From a virus (taxonomy: Duplodnaviria; Caudoviricetes), in the IMG/VR virus record IMGVR_UViG_3300047550_001730, positions 1 to 29,638 of that record: 29,638 nucleotides of DNA. One strand, given 5' to 3'. A program made the translations under genes and the position numbers. The notes beneath the pieces are model-generated. The model made no database searches, was not told the DNA's origin, and saw only the letters and a list, made by a program, of their open reading frames with translations. How positions within the stretch are numbered: the stretch's first letter is position 1; every line of letters starts with the position of its first letter. Positions 9,016 through 18,855 of this stretch are shown in pieces.

Positions 9016-10766
9016 ACGGTGTAAAATGGCACCAACTTACCATTGCCAGCATCAAAGTAACCCGCTGGTACAACGGTGTTTGATGGTGTTTCCTCAGAGA
9101 CTGTCCAGTTGGGTCCTGTTGCGCCTGTTGCGCCTTGATCGCCGGTGATGCCCGTAGATCCCGTGGCACCCTTTTCGCCATCGGGTCCAGTGGCACCAGT
9201 GGCACCGACCGCACCGTCGATGCCATCAATCCCAGCCGGTCCCGTTGAGCCGGTCGCTCCGGGATCACCAACTGGTCCGGTTGCGCCTCGCGGCCCCTCC
9301 GGCCCCTGTTCGCCAGTGTCCCCGGGAAACCCAGGGGGCCCCTCTGGACCCTGCATTCCGCTCGGTCCCGGCATGCCCGGATTGCCCTCGGGACCTTGCA
9401 TCCCGCTTGGCCCTGCGGGACCGGGAAAGCCCTGATCCCCCTTTGGTCCAACATCGCCAGTGGCACCAGTGGCACCGCGGCCACCGCGCATGTTGAGCGA
9501 GGAATTCCACTCGTTTGAGGCCTTGACGTAAACCGACACAGTCTGCACGTCGTCGTAGTTGTCGCTCTCAGGCATTTCCTGAAAATAGACGTCACCATCT
9601 TTTCCAAGCGATGGAGATGGCGCGTCAGTGCCTCCATAGAAAATAGTGCCTGCGATACCTGTCGCGCCGGTGGCACCGACACCTGTTGCGCCGTCATTGC
9701 CAGCTGCACCGTTTGCTCCGCGGCTCGCGATGAGATCCCAGAATGCGGAGAGCGTGCTTGGGATGTCGCCGGTGTTGCCGCCGTTTGCATCGGTGCGATA
9801 CCAAAGGTTTCCCTCGTAGGTCGCCAAATCTCCCACGGCGTAACTGACTCCGAGGTCAAAAGCTGCGGTGTAGTTCCAAAGTGCCGATGCACCTGTTGCG
9901 CCTGTTGCACCTGTTGCGCCGAGTGGCCCTGTAGCGCCTGCATCTCCCGCTGGCCCCGAAGGTCCTTGCTCTCCGCTTGGACCTGCGACACCTGTTGCTC
10001 CGACCTGCCCGTCAACACCCGTTGGTCCAACGTCACCGCTAGGTCCTGTCGCGCCGGTTGGCCCAGCCTCTCCGACGTTGCCTTGCGGCCCTTGTTCGCC
10101 GACGGCCCCCGATGGTCCGGTGGCACCTGTTGCACCTCCGGGTGATCCCGCTTCGCCTTGTGGACCAGTCGGCCCCGGTGCTCCCGTTTCGCCTTGCGGT
10201 CCAGATGGCCCCGTTGCCCCCGATGCGCCGACGTGTCCAGTCGCGCCCTGCGGCCCAGCAATTCCGGTCGCCCCGTCTGCTCCACTTGCGCCTGTTGCGC
10301 CAATTTCGCCAGCAACTCCAGTTGCACCGACCGGCCCTTGAGACCCAACACCAGTCGCACCAATCGGCCCTTGAGGCCCAGCAACCCCGCCAGATGCGAC
10401 GAGGATGTTGACCTTCTCTCCATCAGGCGGTGCGCTCGTAAACGTCACAACACCAGCTGTGACCGTGTAGTCATCACCAGCCGTCTGGAAGACACCTCCG
10501 ATGGCCACGACAAAGTGGTCGTCTGTCGAGTCGGTGGATGTCGTGGTGAACACCGTTTGCGAACCGTTTCCCGTGAACGTAAACTGTTGAAGTGCAAACG
10601 ATGGCGCCGACGCCCCCGCTTGGAACGTCACCCATCCATTCCCTGCCGCGTTAGGAAACGAGAGGGTTTGGTCGGCTGTGTTGACGATCAGCACGCCCGA
10701 CGGAATGCCCTCAATGGGAGGGGTTCCCGACGTGGCCTTTCGGAGTTGGCGGATGAAGTTCGGCAT
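9012..10766 (-). CDS. Collagen-like triple-helix fibre protein (584 aa)
   Basis: Gly-X-Y blocks at about 10388-9885, 9722-9655 and 9483-9110. A CBM5/12-like segment (WNYTAAF...[15 protein letters not shown]) lies between blocks. Confidence 0.9.
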   Translation of the reverse strand: MPNFIRQLRKATSGTPPIEGIPSGVLIVNTADQTLSFPNAAGNGWVTFQAGASAPSFALQQFTFTGNGSQTVFTTTSTDSTDDHFVVAIGGVFQTAGDDYTVTAGVVTFTSAPPDGEKVNILVASGGVAGPQGPIGATGVGSQGPVGATGVAGEIGATGASGADGATGIAGPQGATGHVGASGATGPSGPQGETGAPGPTGPQGEAGSPGGATGATGPSGAVGEQGPQGNVGEAGPTGATGPSGDVGPTGVDGQVGATGVAGPSGEQGPSGPAGDAGATGPLGATGATGATGASALWNYTAAFDLGVSYAVGDLATYEGNLWYRTDANGGNTGDIPSTLSAFWDLIASRGANGAAGNDGATGVGATGATGIAGTIFYGGTDAPSPSLGKDGDVYFQEMPESDNYDDVQTVSVYVKASNEWNSSLNMRGGRGATGATGDVGPKGDQGFPGPAGPSGMQGPEGNPGMPGPSGMQGPEGPPGFPGDTGEQGPEGPRGATGPVGDPGATGSTGPAGIDGIDGAVGATGATGPDGEKGATGSTGITGDQGATGATGPNWTVSEETPSNTVVPAGYFDAGNGKLVPFYTV

Positions 10767-10775
10767 CCCCTAAGA

Positions 10776-11912
10776 TTAGAGGTCTCCGCAGTCGATGGAA
10801 ATCCCTGCCGAAGCTGGAATCGAGTTTGTTGCACTCGTGATGCGCCCGTAGGTGTCAACCGTGAACAGCACCTGATTCGACGCGGCGGTGACACCCGAGG
10901 CGGCCAAGTCGACCCCGCTCGATGAGACGGCAATGCGGCTCGACGATACGGTTTTGACCGAGAGCGTCGTTCCACTCTTTTGCAGTCCGTCCCCAGCGTC
11001 AACCACGCCAGCGGACGAGAACTGAGTGAAGGTGATGGCTGTCGTCCCGATCGTGATTCCGCCTGACGTGGAAACCACCCAACCCGTTGATGCGTTGGAA
11101 CTCCCCTGCTCGATGAAGACGAATGAACCAGCACTCAACTCGGTGCCGCTGTCAGCATCCGTGCGGCGGGTCAGGATGAATGGGCCATCGGCGGCGCCTG
11201 CACTCGTGACCGTGTAGATGCCGTTCTGAAGGCCTGCCACTTGGTTTTTGACGAGCACGTATTCTCCCGCGTTGATTGCGTGGCCGTCAATGGTGAGTGC
11301 TCCGTTGGCATCTGCTGTGAGCGTTGCTCCGACTCCGCTGGATCCGTTGTTGTAGGTGCAAGCGGGTAGTGCCTCGGTCGTTGCGACGTGAGCGGAGGAT
11401 TTGATGTCCAACCCTTGTGCGACGTCATCGACGTACTTCTTGTTAGCCAGATGAGCATCCGCGGTCGGCACTCCGGTCGTCGAGATCAGCCCGGCACCGA
11501 GGGTCAGGTTCTTCGAGGCATCAACCACCAGAGCCTTGTTCGCGCTCGCCGTACCAGCCGTCACACCTGCGACGGTGTTGAGTTCGGCGGTCGTTGCCGT
11601 CACCCCGTCGAGCTTGTTCAACTCGGCGGCGTCCGCGGTCACCTGCGTCCCTGCGATTTGGATTTGACCTGTGATGTTTAGCGTTCCGGAGACCGTTTTC
11701 GTACCTTGGATCGTCTGGTTCCGGTTGGCCGTGGTGACCATCCCTTCGGAAGTGGCAGTGCCTTCGCCACCGACCGGAACGATGTCCCCGTTGGACTTTT
11801 TGATGAGCAGCTGGTTGTCAAACTCTTGGAAGAGTAGCTCACCAGTTGCGAGCGTGATGCCTGACACGCCCGTTGAGGTCGTGCGGCGTTTAAGTTGGAT
11901 CGTGTTCGGCAT
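10776..11912 (-). CDS. Tail fibre protein (378 aa)
   Basis: Mtd-N-like start (TIQLKR...LATGEL), AAELNKLDGVT repeats, ANKKYVD...QGLDIK, VLVKNQ...NGIY and TVDTYGRIT motifs. Confidence 0.8.
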   Translation of the reverse strand: MPNTIQLKRRTTSTGVSGITLATGELLFQEFDNQLLIKKSNGDIVPVGGEGTATSEGMVTTANRNQTIQGTKTVSGTLNITGQIQIAGTQVTADAAELNKLDGVTATTAELNTVAGVTAGTASANKALVVDASKNLTLGAGLISTTGVPTADAHLANKKYVDDVAQGLDIKSSAHVATTEALPACTYNNGSSGVGATLTADANGALTIDGHAINAGEYVLVKNQVAGLQNGIYTVTSAGAADGPFILTRRTDADSGTELSAGSFVFIEQGSSNASTGWVVSTSGGITIGTTAITFTQFSSAGVVDAGDGLQKSGTTLSVKTVSSSRIAVSSSGVDLAASGVTAASNQVLFTVDTYGRITSATNSIPASAGISIDCGDL

Positions 11913-11927
11913 AATATCTTGATGTTG

Positions 11928-12962
11928 TTAAACTTGGCCACCGTCAACTGATGCGCCCAAAGCGGCAAGCGTCGTGTAGGTCGTCACACCGCCGACAACG
12001 CCGACGACGTCACCGTCCGCGCCTGTGCCAGCGATCGCGGCTCCGGCACCAATGTTCGCTCGGGCCTGAGCTTGCTGGGGCGATGTGAGGCCCTGAGCGA
12101 CAAATTGCACGGCTGTTGCGGCGATGTTGGACGTGTCGAAAAAAGGTAGCGAGACCGGCTGCGATGCGCGGCGGTTCGTGTTCTGGACCTTCCATCGAAG
12201 TGCCTGAGTCGTCGTAAGGTTTCCAGAGTAAGACCACGCAATCTCCGCTTGGAGCACCACTGATGGGAGGTCTGTCACCGTCTCATCTCCGCCAGCGACA
12301 ACCACTGTGACACCGTAGCCGGATGACCTGCAGTGCGGTGCCTGACGTTGGCCAAATGTCGACGCGGCCACGGTCACGATGTCGGCGGATGAGGAAGCGA
12401 CGAAGGCCAAGTCCGCATCGAGAGCGGTCGCAATCTTCGCGGCCATCGCTGACGCATTCTCGGTTCCGAGCGTGGTAACCTTGATGAGACGGCCACCCTC
12501 TGGAGCCTCCGGCCCCGTCGAGGATGAGGTGCCCATCCAAACGCGCACCGGTCCGACCGAGTCAGCAAGATCGAAGTAAACTCCGTTCGCCGTGGTGGCT
12601 GTCGTCTGGATGGCCACGACCTCGGCGGAGTCGTAGGGATCGATGCCGAGAAGGCGGTCAATCTCACCTGAGGCCGTGTTGAGCGTCGCTCGGTAGTCAA
12701 CGGTTGAGCCCGTCACCGTGCGGGTCCAGCTGGCAAACGAGAGGAGAGGGTTAGCGTCAAAGTCACCCTTCGGTTTCACGGTCAACCTGAGGCCCGTGGA
12801 TGAGCCCATGTCGACCGTCGAGGTGCTCGAGATGGTGCTGCGAAACTCGATGGCAGTCGGTATCACGTCCCCATTGCGGAGCAGCACCTCCTGATCGTCT
12901 GAGCGGCGGAGACCGCCAACGTAGACGAGGCCAGAGTCGAGAGCGACGGTGAGCGTGAGCAT
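11928..12962 (-). CDS. Putative tail tip / fibre-attachment protein (344 aa)
   Basis: Lies between tip and fibre genes; beta-rich N-terminus; QGLTSPQQAQARANIG fibre motif; ends VDGGQV. Confidence 0.65.
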   Translation of the reverse strand: MLTLTVALDSGLVYVGGLRRSDDQEVLLRNGDVIPTAIEFRSTISSTSTVDMGSSTGLRLTVKPKGDFDANPLLSFASWTRTVTGSTVDYRATLNTASGEIDRLLGIDPYDSAEVVAIQTTATTANGVYFDLADSVGPVRVWMGTSSSTGPEAPEGGRLIKVTTLGTENASAMAAKIATALDADLAFVASSSADIVTVAASTFGQRQAPHCRSSGYGVTVVVAGGDETVTDLPSVVLQAEIAWSYSGNLTTTQALRWKVQNTNRRASQPVSLPFFDTSNIAATAVQFVAQGLTSPQQAQARANIGAGAAIAGTGADGDVVGVVGGVTTYTTLAALGASVDGGQV

Positions 12963-12987
12963 TCACTCTTGCGCCCGTCATCAACTG

Positions 12988-13551
12988 TCATGCCCCATAG
13001 AGACCGATGATTTGATGACCCCCCGTTTGCTGCGAAACGGTGAAGGTCCCATCCTCCTCCTCCATGATGTAAGCGAGCACGATTCGGTAGTTAATGGCCC
13101 CCCCGACCTCACCGGCCACAAGCAGCGCACTAGTGTCCTCGATGGCGAGAGATGGATTGGAAATGCCCGTGGATGCCGTCGAGGAGAAGTTGCCGACCAC
13201 GCTGAGCACCACCCGTTTGCCGTCAGCGGCCGTCCCGACTTCTTCCTCGGGGTAAGTCATGACGCTCTGCCCGTTGACCGTCCCCCAACGCACAAACACT
13301 TTGTATGTCGGGCTCGGAGAGCCGGGATTGTCGGCGCGAACGGTCACCTTAAATGGGAAGTTTGTCGTCGCCGATGGTGCTGCCGTCTGGGTTGTCCGAC
13401 GGTTCTTGAGCGAGACCAGCTGGCCACGCGGGGTCACGGTCGCCGTGATGTCAGGCGTCGACTGGATGGCCAACCGTGGTAGGTAGTCGATAATGGCATT
13501 GATGGCAGAGGCCAACTGGCCACCGCTTTTGAGACGTGGGATCACAGGCAT
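12988..13551 (-). CDS. Putative tail tip protein B2 (187 aa), paralogue of 13542..14669
   Basis: Position in the tail module; shares the N-terminal ...RL..Q.T.D.TA..TPRG motif with the upstream gene. Confidence 0.7.
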   Translation of the reverse strand: MPVIPRLKSGGQLASAINAIIDYLPRLAIQSTPDITATVTPRGQLVSLKNRRTTQTAAPSATTNFPFKVTVRADNPGSPSPTYKVFVRWGTVNGQSVMTYPEEEVGTAADGKRVVLSVVGNFSSTASTGISNPSLAIEDTSALLVAGEVGGAINYRIVLAYIMEEEDGTFTVSQQTGGHQIIGLYGA

Positions 13552-14669
13552 GATGGGATTTCTCTTAGGTCGTTGGTCGCTGTTTGCCCTCGAAAGCTAG
13601 ATGGGATTCCGGTCCCGCCACCGCCTCCTAAAAGTGGAAGCATGAAAGCGGATTGTCGCTGGTAGTTGTTGCGGAGTGGGTGCGTCTGATCGCTGCCCGG
13701 GTACTCACTGCCCGGGATGTAGCCGTTCTCATCGCGGTTCCGGAGCATGAAACCAAACTCCTCGACGGGTTTGGAAAACGTCTCCTCCGGATCACAGCTA
13801 GGAACCGTGACCCGCGCTTGAAGCTCAACCTCGGCATGCCATCGCGGGTACGGTTGATCGTTGAGAAAGTCCTTCCCGCCCGTGATTTCAGTTTCCTCTG
13901 GCATCGCTGCCATGTCGCTCCCGAACCCGTCTAGCACGTAGCCACTTGTTGAGCCCGTCGTGCCTGTTTGATGGATGAACCCGACCAGAACGTCGACCTC
14001 GTACTCTTTGACAAACTCGGTCGGATACCACGGGTTGTCCTGCTCACCCGGCTCAAGCGGGATCTTGCGGTCTCCGGTCTGCACGATGTCATCAGCCGAA
14101 ATGCGAGAGGCCGGTTCGTTCCATGTGTCAACCAGTTTCACCGGAAAGAACCAGTTCTGCCCTCCGAAGTTGAGCCCTTGAAAGCCCGTCAGCGGGTCGA
14201 ACGATGTCTGTCTGGTGCCGAAACTGACATCCTCTGTGTGGATCAGGTAGATCGAATTGAGGATCGCGTAAGTTTCCGGATTGGAGTTCTCGGGGTCGTA
14301 ATCCACTGCGGCGTTGCGCGTTGCGGTTGCTCGGAGCATCACGGTGGCCACGATGCGCTTGGATCCTCCGCTCAAAGCGAACCCACGATATTGACGGTCC
14401 CCGATTTGGATGATCGGTCCAACGAGTCCGTACGGCCACGGAGTCACGAAATAGCGAGTTGATCCCTCGCTCAAAAAAGGCTGGTAGCGTGTGCCCTGCG
14501 GCTCTCCTTCGGTGATTGTCCTAGGTGGAGCAATCTTGAGAAACGTGCCCCTCGGCGTTTCGTTGGCGGTGAAGTCTTTGGTTTTTTGAACCTGCAAGCG
14601 CACCAACTCCCGACGGATGGCTGAGAGCGTGCGCCCGATGGGCCCCGGTGTTGTGACCGTCGGGATCAT
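13542..14669 (-). CDS. Putative tail tip protein B1 (375 aa)
   Basis: ATG 14669 gives ATGA coupling, and the N-terminus then aligns with that of 12988..13551. Confidence 0.7.
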   Translation of the reverse strand: MIPTVTTPGPIGRTLSAIRRELVRLQVQKTKDFTANETPRGTFLKIAPPRTITEGEPQGTRYQPFLSEGSTRYFVTPWPYGLVGPIIQIGDRQYRGFALSGGSKRIVATVMLRATATRNAAVDYDPENSNPETYAILNSIYLIHTEDVSFGTRQTSFDPLTGFQGLNFGGQNWFFPVKLVDTWNEPASRISADDIVQTGDRKIPLEPGEQDNPWYPTEFVKEYEVDVLVGFIHQTGTTGSTSGYVLDGFGSDMAAMPEETEITGGKDFLNDQPYPRWHAEVELQARVTVPSCDPEETFSKPVEEFGFMLRNRDENGYIPGSEYPGSDQTHPLRNNYQRQSAFMLPLLGGGGGTGIPSSFRGQTATNDLREIPSCL

Positions 14670-15370
14670 GAGTAGATAAGAGATGACCATCCCGCGCCCG
14701 TATACTGCCCGTAGTTCGCCGAGGCATTGCGGTACATGAGCGTGATTTTCCAACGCTCTCCAAACGGCTCTGCTGTTGCCCCAGCGAGTAGCCACGATTG
14801 AGTGCTCCCCCAGATTGCGACGGGTGGGAACGAGATTTTCCCGATGTCGTTGACCGTCTGAGCAAACGCACTCCAGATGTCAAAGTAGGTCACCTTCAAC
14901 GTGCATCCATTGCCGGCGATGTAAGACGAGACGCCGACCAGCCCAGGCTTTTTGAACTCCACGAATCGCTTGGTTGACTCGGTGTCGTTCGATGCGACCC
15001 ATAGCGCGTTCGTTTCGTTCGGATTCTCGGGTGTCCCCGCGAGGTCTTGGAATCTCGGGTTGGCGGTGATCGGTTCGGTCCCGCTGTTGGCATCGATGCT
15101 CAACCGTTTCTTCGCGGCTGATGCGTAGGCATAGACGCTCCTTTGCTCGAGCATCGTGGTTTGTGAGCCCTCGTCGAACGTCATCGAGCGCGAGATAATG
15201 CTCCGCTGCGTGTCTGCGCCCATGTCCGGTAAACCAGTTGGGCTAATGATGGTGTTGATTTGATTGTCCTTGAAAATGTGGACCGAGGTCTGAATGACGT
15301 TTCCCCACTCGTCAGTGTCAAACGAGTGCGAGGTTTTGACCGCTGTTTCGCCTTTGAAGATTCGGGACAT
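14666..15370 (-). CDS. Putative distal tail / hub protein A2 (234 aa), paralogue of 15372..16019
   Basis: ATG 15370 lies 1 nt after the upstream stop; EPITANPRF, KRFVEF, WKIT and WSSLIYS motifs are shared with A1. Confidence 0.75.
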   Translation of the reverse strand: MSRIFKGETAVKTSHSFDTDEWGNVIQTSVHIFKDNQINTIISPTGLPDMGADTQRSIISRSMTFDEGSQTTMLEQRSVYAYASAAKKRLSIDANSGTEPITANPRFQDLAGTPENPNETNALWVASNDTESTKRFVEFKKPGLVGVSSYIAGNGCTLKVTYFDIWSAFAQTVNDIGKISFPPVAIWGSTQSWLLAGATAEPFGERWKITLMYRNASANYGQYTGAGWSSLIYS

Positions 15371-15371
15371 T

Positions 15372-16019
15372 TTAAGTGTAGATGTCCGACGACCATGCTG
15401 GTGCGCCGAGGAGTTGAGCGGTGATTTTCCACGAGGCCCCGTTTTGCTCCTGCGAGACGGAAGTCCCGAGGAGTGAAAGGCCGTTGAACATCGCGAAGTT
15501 TGGGATCGGTGGGAGCGCGTAGACCTGCCCAGGCACCGTCGCGTCGTCTGCGTTGATGGCCATCCAAGTGAGATTGAATGTCCACTGCGGCGCGAGGTAG
15601 GTGGTGATGCCAGCCAACTCGAAGTCGTCGCGAAACTGCACGAACCGTTTCGCGCCGTCGTAGTCCTCCCAGATGGCATTGCTCGTGTTTGGCGTCTCGG
15701 CATCTCCCGCCCACGTCGTGAAGTCTGGATGCGCGGTGATGGGTTCGTTTGAGATTGTCCCCTCGACGGTGACGAAGTTCTTGGTGAAAGCGGCACCTCT
15801 GTAAGTTCCCTCCGAGGTTCCGAGGCTGTCACTCAGCATCTCGACGTTTTCCTTCGCCCCAACCAACGCCAGCTGGATTGAGCCAAGGGTCTTTGTTGCT
15901 GGCCACTCGTAGGGCTCGGTGTTGGGTCCCGTTCGCGCATAGCGGGTGCGGAAAACGACCTCGATGGCACCTTGCTCGTCGACCTGCGCGGAGATTGGGA
16001 ACTCGGTGTTTAAGCTCAT
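15372..16019 (-). CDS. Putative distal tail / hub protein A1 (215 aa)
   Basis: Immediately follows the TMP with an ATGA overlap; EPITAHPDF, KRFVQF, WKIT and WSSDIYT motifs. Confidence 0.75.
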   Translation of the reverse strand: MSLNTEFPISAQVDEQGAIEVVFRTRYARTGPNTEPYEWPATKTLGSIQLALVGAKENVEMLSDSLGTSEGTYRGAAFTKNFVTVEGTISNEPITAHPDFTTWAGDAETPNTSNAIWEDYDGAKRFVQFRDDFELAGITTYLAPQWTFNLTWMAINADDATVPGQVYALPPIPNFAMFNGLSLLGTSVSQEQNGASWKITAQLLGAPAWSSDIYT

Positions 16020-18208
16020 ACCACGGCCACGTTGAGGGAGCCTTGTTTACTGATCGCGCTGACCACGTTGTCGAGCTTGCCAGTGACCGCTTGCTGCCAG
16101 ATTTGGATCGAGCGGATGACAGGATCCGTTTTGTCGCCCCCGGGAATGGGAAGCGGGAATGGTTCGGCGACGATGTCGGTTGCCTGCTTGAGGTTCTCAC
16201 GCTGGATCCGAAAGAACTCCTCGGCGGGTGGCCCTTGGACAGGGATTTTGGCAATCTCCTCGCGTTTCTTGGCAGCGAGAAATGCCGGTGACGCTGCGAA
16301 TCCTCCACCGAGATCTCCAGCCCCTCGAAGTCCGGGTGCTCTGCCCTCGAGCCCGATCATCTCTCCTCGAGGCGCGAGGTTCATCATCCGTCGGCCACCT
16401 CCGATTTTCTCCAGCGAGGTAAAGAAGTCACCGGTCTTGGTGGCCTTGCTTTTCTTCTCCTCAGCCTGAGCCGTCTTCGCGGTCAACTCCGTCTGGTTTT
16501 TGAGGGTGCTCGACTGTTCGCGGATGGCCGTTGCGTTTCGAAGCGCGGCCTCGGTGAGCTTGGCCAACTCGGTTCTGAGTCGCTCGTTCTGAACTTGGAG
16601 CTTCTCGGTCGCTGCTGTCTGACGACTGAACCCACGCTCGAATGCGGCGATCACTCCTTGTCCCGGTGTTCCCTCAGCGTAAGCGTCAGCGTTGCTCGGA
16701 GGCACGATGACACCGTTGGAAAACGACTCCTTGGTGTTGTAGGTGATGCGCTTCCCGTTCGCAAACGTCTCGCGCACCTCGCCCGGGCTAAGCGGTGTCG
16801 GGTAGCCGGCGGCCTGCGCCGCGAGCATCTCGCCGGCCTGCGCCGAAGTGACACCACCGGAGGCAAATCCAATCGGCCCTTCTAGACCGAGGCCACCCAT
16901 CCGCATTCCTCGCCCCGTCGTCTCGTTGCGGGTCGGAGATATGAAACTTGGCAATGCAATGTCAGCGAGCCCCGCCACTGCGAAACCGATTTGCTGCTTG
17001 AGGTAGGACGCGAACGCATCGACTGCGCGAATGAATGCCTGACCAAGCGGAGACTCGAGAGCGGCCCCGATGGCTGGTCCAGCGTTGACGATCCGGTCGA
17101 TGAACGAGTCAGCCACTGGAGCGAGAGCCCCGATGAGGTCAGCCCCAGAGAACACCTCCGTGATGCCTTCAAGTGCCCGAATCCCGAATGCTTGCACCTC
17201 GGCAAATGCAAGTTTCCCTGAGACCGTGAGGATGTCCCAGAGCGTCCCGTTTTGGATCGCTCCTTCGATGATTTGAAACGCTCGCACCGATGTGTCGACG
17301 GCTCGTCCGAAGCCTGCGCTGAAGTCGTTTGAAAACTGTAGAGCCTTCTTGGTGGCCGTTGAGAAAATGTTGCCGAGAGCGGTCCCGATCGGTGCGAACT
17401 TCCCGACGAGATTTTGAGCAAACTCGATGAGGGGTTTGAGCCCCTCCGACGCTGCGAGGCCGAGGTTCCGCTTTACCTCCTCCACGTTGTCTTTGAGAGT
17501 CGAGATGAGCCCGTTCAGCGTCTGGCCTTGGTTTGCTGCGGCACCCGAGAAAAGGCCCGTGGTGGTCATCGCTTGGAGCGCGTTAACCATGTCCTGCGCT
17601 GAGATCTTGCTCTTCGTCAGTGCCTCCTGAAGTCCAGCGTCACTGAGGTTGAGAGCCTTTTTCAACTCTTCGCCGATGGGAATCCCTCGCTCGAGGAACT
17701 GAAGGAAAGTCTCAGTCTGCATCTTACCGACCGAGAGCGTCTTCACGTATGGCTGAAGGATCTCAGCCATCGGCTTTTTCGTCGCGGCGGCGATGTCTCC
17801 GATCACTCGAATCGACTCCTTGAGTTGCTCGGCCGGTACGTTTGCGGCGGCGAGCGATGCGCCAGCGTTGGCCACCTCGCTCAGTTGAAAAGAGGTTGTT
17901 GCGGCGTATTTTGCCAACTCGGAGACGGCACCCTGCGCTGTCTCGGCGGACTTATAAAATGTGGTGAACTGAGCCACCACGGCCTCGAACTCTCCGGCCA
18001 CCGAGATGCTTTCGGCGAACGTCTGACCGAGTGCGCGGAAAGCATTACCGACGGAACCAATACCAGCTTGAAGGCCAGCGAAGAGAGCTTGTCCCCCTGC
18101 GACGGAAGCGACCGACGCGGCGAATGATCGAAGCTGAGACCCTGCCTGAGTGAGCCCCTGCCTGAAGTTGCTCGTGTCTGCGCCGATGCGGATTGTGGCT
18201 GTGCTCAT
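16016..18208 (-). CDS. Tape measure protein (730 aa)
   Basis: IRIGADTSNF start; tape-measure domain (YAATTSFQL...IGDIAAAT...ERGIPI...QTLNGLISTLKDN); Ala/Gly-rich and helical. Confidence 0.9.
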   Translation of the reverse strand: MSTATIRIGADTSNFRQGLTQAGSQLRSFAASVASVAGGQALFAGLQAGIGSVGNAFRALGQTFAESISVAGEFEAVVAQFTTFYKSAETAQGAVSELAKYAATTSFQLSEVANAGASLAAANVPAEQLKESIRVIGDIAAATKKPMAEILQPYVKTLSVGKMQTETFLQFLERGIPIGEELKKALNLSDAGLQEALTKSKISAQDMVNALQAMTTTGLFSGAAANQGQTLNGLISTLKDNVEEVKRNLGLAASEGLKPLIEFAQNLVGKFAPIGTALGNIFSTATKKALQFSNDFSAGFGRAVDTSVRAFQIIEGAIQNGTLWDILTVSGKLAFAEVQAFGIRALEGITEVFSGADLIGALAPVADSFIDRIVNAGPAIGAALESPLGQAFIRAVDAFASYLKQQIGFAVAGLADIALPSFISPTRNETTGRGMRMGGLGLEGPIGFASGGVTSAQAGEMLAAQAAGYPTPLSPGEVRETFANGKRITYNTKESFSNGVIVPPSNADAYAEGTPGQGVIAAFERGFSRQTAATEKLQVQNERLRTELAKLTEAALRNATAIREQSSTLKNQTELTAKTAQAEEKKSKATKTGDFFTSLEKIGGGRRMMNLAPRGEMIGLEGRAPGLRGAGDLGGGFAASPAFLAAKKREEIAKIPVQGPPAEEFFRIQRENLKQATDIVAEPFPLPIPGGDKTDPVIRSIQIWQQAVTGKLDNVVSAISKQGSLNVAVV

Positions 18209-18855
18209 ATTGTGATCCCAAGTTTGCGATAAAGGTACTCGGCCATGTCAGCGGCCACTGCACCCAACGCCTTTTCGATGTAGCCTTTGCGGTCGACGAA
18301 CGAACTGATCCCGGGTCGCTTGTTTTGGATCTCAAGGTACGTCTCAAGAAGTCCGTCGAACTTTCGCACGACTGCGGCGGGGTGCTTCGACTCGATGGTG
18401 TCAAACTTGGCTCCCTTGACTAGCCATCCCCACGCCCCTGCTCGACCGGCTGCGTCTTGTCGCTGCTTGATCTCGAGGCCCCAGCGGTCTTGTTGCACTG
18501 TTGTGCGTTGCAGTTGCGCGGCAGCCATCATCATTTTGACCACGGCCAGTTCTCCCCGCTTGCCCCTCTTGCCGATGTATTTCTTTTGTTTTTCCAGTTC
18601 GGCTTGGAGTTTCGAGCGGCGAGCACCAACGCGGTCGATGATCCGTTTGGAGATTCTCAGGTTTCCGTCCTTCTTCCGCCTTTCGATGGCTTGCAGCGTC
18701 TCGGCGCGAGTGTCCATGTGAAACTTGCCGGCGCGAATAACGACATCGCGAAACTTCCTCCCGACGATGCTCTTCACCTCTTTCCGTGAGTTCTGGAGGT
18801 AAATCCCGAGCACTCGGTTGAAGTTCGTCAGATCCATTGAGAGTGTTAGTTTCAT
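18205..18855 (-). CDS. Basic hypothetical virion protein, possibly tail-completion type (216 aa)
   Basis: ATGA-coupled on both sides; K/R-rich. Function inferred only from composition and position. Confidence 0.6.
   Translation of the reverse strand: MKLTLSMDLTNFNRVLGIYLQNSRKEVKSIVGRKFRDVVIRAGKFHMDTRAETLQAIERRKKDGNLRISKRIIDRVGARRSKLQAELEKQKKYIGKRGKRGELAVVKMMMAAAQLQRTTVQQDRWGLEIKQRQDAAGRAGAWGWLVKGAKFDTIESKHPAAVVRKFDGLLETYLEIQNKRPGISSFVDRKGYIEKALGAVAADMAEYLYRKLGITI

Noticed and set aside
8870-10423. 517-aa alternative-frame ORF and plus-strand ORFs over the collagen gene
   Set aside because: Frame shadows of Gly-X-Y codon repeats; no independent protein features.
15371-15832. N-terminal part of the 388-aa ORF 14666..15832
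   Set aside because: It overlaps A1 in another frame and is Arg/Ser junk-like; ATG 15370 is the better start.
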